A stretch of 63,920 bases of DNA, counting the filler. It is 8 parts of 8 records of this genome, joined end to end, with 100 filler letters (N's around TTAATTAATTAA, not from the genome) between each part and the next. Parts side by side here need not be neighbours in the genome. Positions count along the whole stretch, not along the records: positions 58,649 to 63,920 come from SRR31147125_37753; 7 more parts are not named here. One strand, given 5' to 3'. Below the pieces are notes generated by a model. The model was given only the letters and a program-made list of their open reading frames with translations, was not told the DNA's origin and did no database searches. Shown in pieces: positions 62,986 to 63,920 of this stretch. The position numbers were made by a program, and so were the translations under genes. Within the stretch, counting starts at the first letter, position 1; every line of letters starts with the position of its first letter.

Positions 62986-63920
62986 TTGGGTAAATTTATG
63001 AAAATTGAAAAACCATATACTGATAAAATGAAAGAAACAAAAAAACATCTGGATAGCCTTGTAAAACCGATAGGAAGCTTGGGTAAGCTAGAAGATTGCG
63101 CTATAAAGGTTAGTGGAATTACAGGAGAGTTAAAAAATGATTTTGACAAAAAGGTAATTGTAGTGTTTGGGGCTGATAATGGAGTATGGGATGAAGGGAT
63201 TACAACCGTACCGCAATCAGTTACACCAACTCAAATGAAGAATATGATAATTGGTGTTGCTGGCGTTAGTGTTTTAGCAAAACATGGTGGCATTGATGTT
63301 AAAGTAGTTGATATTGGTGTTAAGGACGAGCTTGAATTTGATGGTATTGTAGATGCAAATCTTATGAGGGGTACAAACAATATTGCTAAAGGTAGTGCTA
63401 TGAGCAGAGAATGTGCGGAGAGAGCATTGCATATTGGGTTTGATATGGCAACTGATTTAAAAAACAAAGGATACAGTCTTTTTGGTGTTGGCGAGATGGG
63501 GATTTGCAATACCACAACTTCGGCAGCTGTTCTGGGAGTTTTTACAGATAAATGTGCAAAAGATGTTGCTGGACTTGGTGCAGGAATTGATGAAGCTAGA
63601 TTTAATAAAAAGATTGAAGTTATTGATAGAGCAATTGATATAAATAGACCGGATAAAAATGACCCTATCGATGTTGTTTCTAAAGTTGGAGGGCTTGATA
63701 TTGCGGCTATGGTTGGTATGTTTTTGGGCTGTGCTAGTAATAGATGCGTTGTAGTTGTTGATGGATTTATTTCGGCAGTGGCTGCTCTTGTAGCGTGCAA
63801 AATTAATCCGCTTGCAAAAGAGTATATGTTTGCTTCTCATAAAAGTGCAGAAAGAGGATATAATATTGCGATAGAAGAGATTGGACTAGAGCCGATGTTT
63901 CACCTAGACATGAGACTAGG
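62986..63920 (+). CDS. cobT: Nicotinate-nucleotide--dimethylbenzimidazole phosphoribosyltransferase, 3' truncated
   Basis: Manual translation: LVKPIGSLGKLE, ADNG, GEMGICNTTTS, VGGLDIAAMVG, VDGFIS, SHKSAE, LDMRL; GAGGAG RBS before TTG. Confidence 0.95.
   Translation, partial: MGKFMKIEKPYTDKMKETKKHLDSLVKPIGSLGKLEDCAIKVSGITGELKNDFDKKVIVVFGADNGVWDEGITTVPQSVTPTQMKNMIIGVAGVSVLAKHGGIDVKVVDIGVKDELEFDGIVDANLMRGTNNIAKGSAMSRECAERALHIGFDMATDLKNKGYSLFGVGEMGICNTTTSAAVLGVFTDKCAKDVAGLGAGIDEARFNKKIEVIDRAIDINRPDKNDPIDVVSKVGGLDIAAMVGMFLGCASNRCVVVVDGFISAVAALVACKINPLAKEYMFASHKSAERGYNIAIEEIGLEPMFHLDMRL

Noticed and set aside
63231-63840. Minus-strand ORFs at the window end
   Set aside because: Antisense to cobT, which the ORF track missed because it has no stop inside the window.
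1-63920. CRISPR arrays, tRNA/rRNA genes, defence systems
   Set aside because: No regularly spaced repeats, cloverleaf or rRNA signatures, or recognisable defence genes were seen by inspection.

Overview
This window is not one genomic locus. It holds eight unrelated contigs joined by an artificial 100-bp spacer (44 N + TTAATTAATTAA + 44 N, stops in all six frames), as in a concatenated metagenome assembly. Taxon labels below are inferred from gene order and composition. (1) 1-6203, GC-rich, Desulfobacterota-like: GntR-regulated racemase/FAD-oxidase pseudogene/TRAP locus plus a TolC gene. (2) 6304-14434, AT-rich, Acholeplasmatales-like: tpx-ftsY-ylxM-ffh, polA-mutM-coaE-dnaB. (3) 14535-24552, Desulfuromonadales-like: mutS-amidase-glnD-xerD-apgM-holC-trmJ-rimP-nusA. 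(4) 24653-38276, clostridial accessory region: methyltransferase with a long structured leader, REP doublet, flavin oxidoreductase, hemerythrin, TetR-ABC, PadR, HD protein and an [FeFe]-hydrogenase/chemoreceptor fusion. (5) 38377-43492: cimA-leuCDB-ilvE. (6) 43593-50742: recD converging on a four-gene operon I cannot assign to a known pathway (ThDP enzyme, Cys-cluster GidA/TrmFO-like flavoprotein, NIF3-like metalloprotein, Gate-type transporter). (7) 50843-58548: TtpC-type TonB2 operon and a cobalamin-riboswitch-controlled TonB-dependent receptor. (8) 58649-63920: cation/Ca antiporter, P-loop ATPase, large coiled-coil membrane protein and cobT. Many frameshifts sit in homopolymer runs and are probably sequencing errors. 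The best candidates for undescribed biology are the contig-6 operon, the rod-like G.U-rich leader RNA at about 25600-25780, the sensory hydrogenase-MCP fusion, and short IS-end-like elements inserted at terminator hairpins in contig 4.
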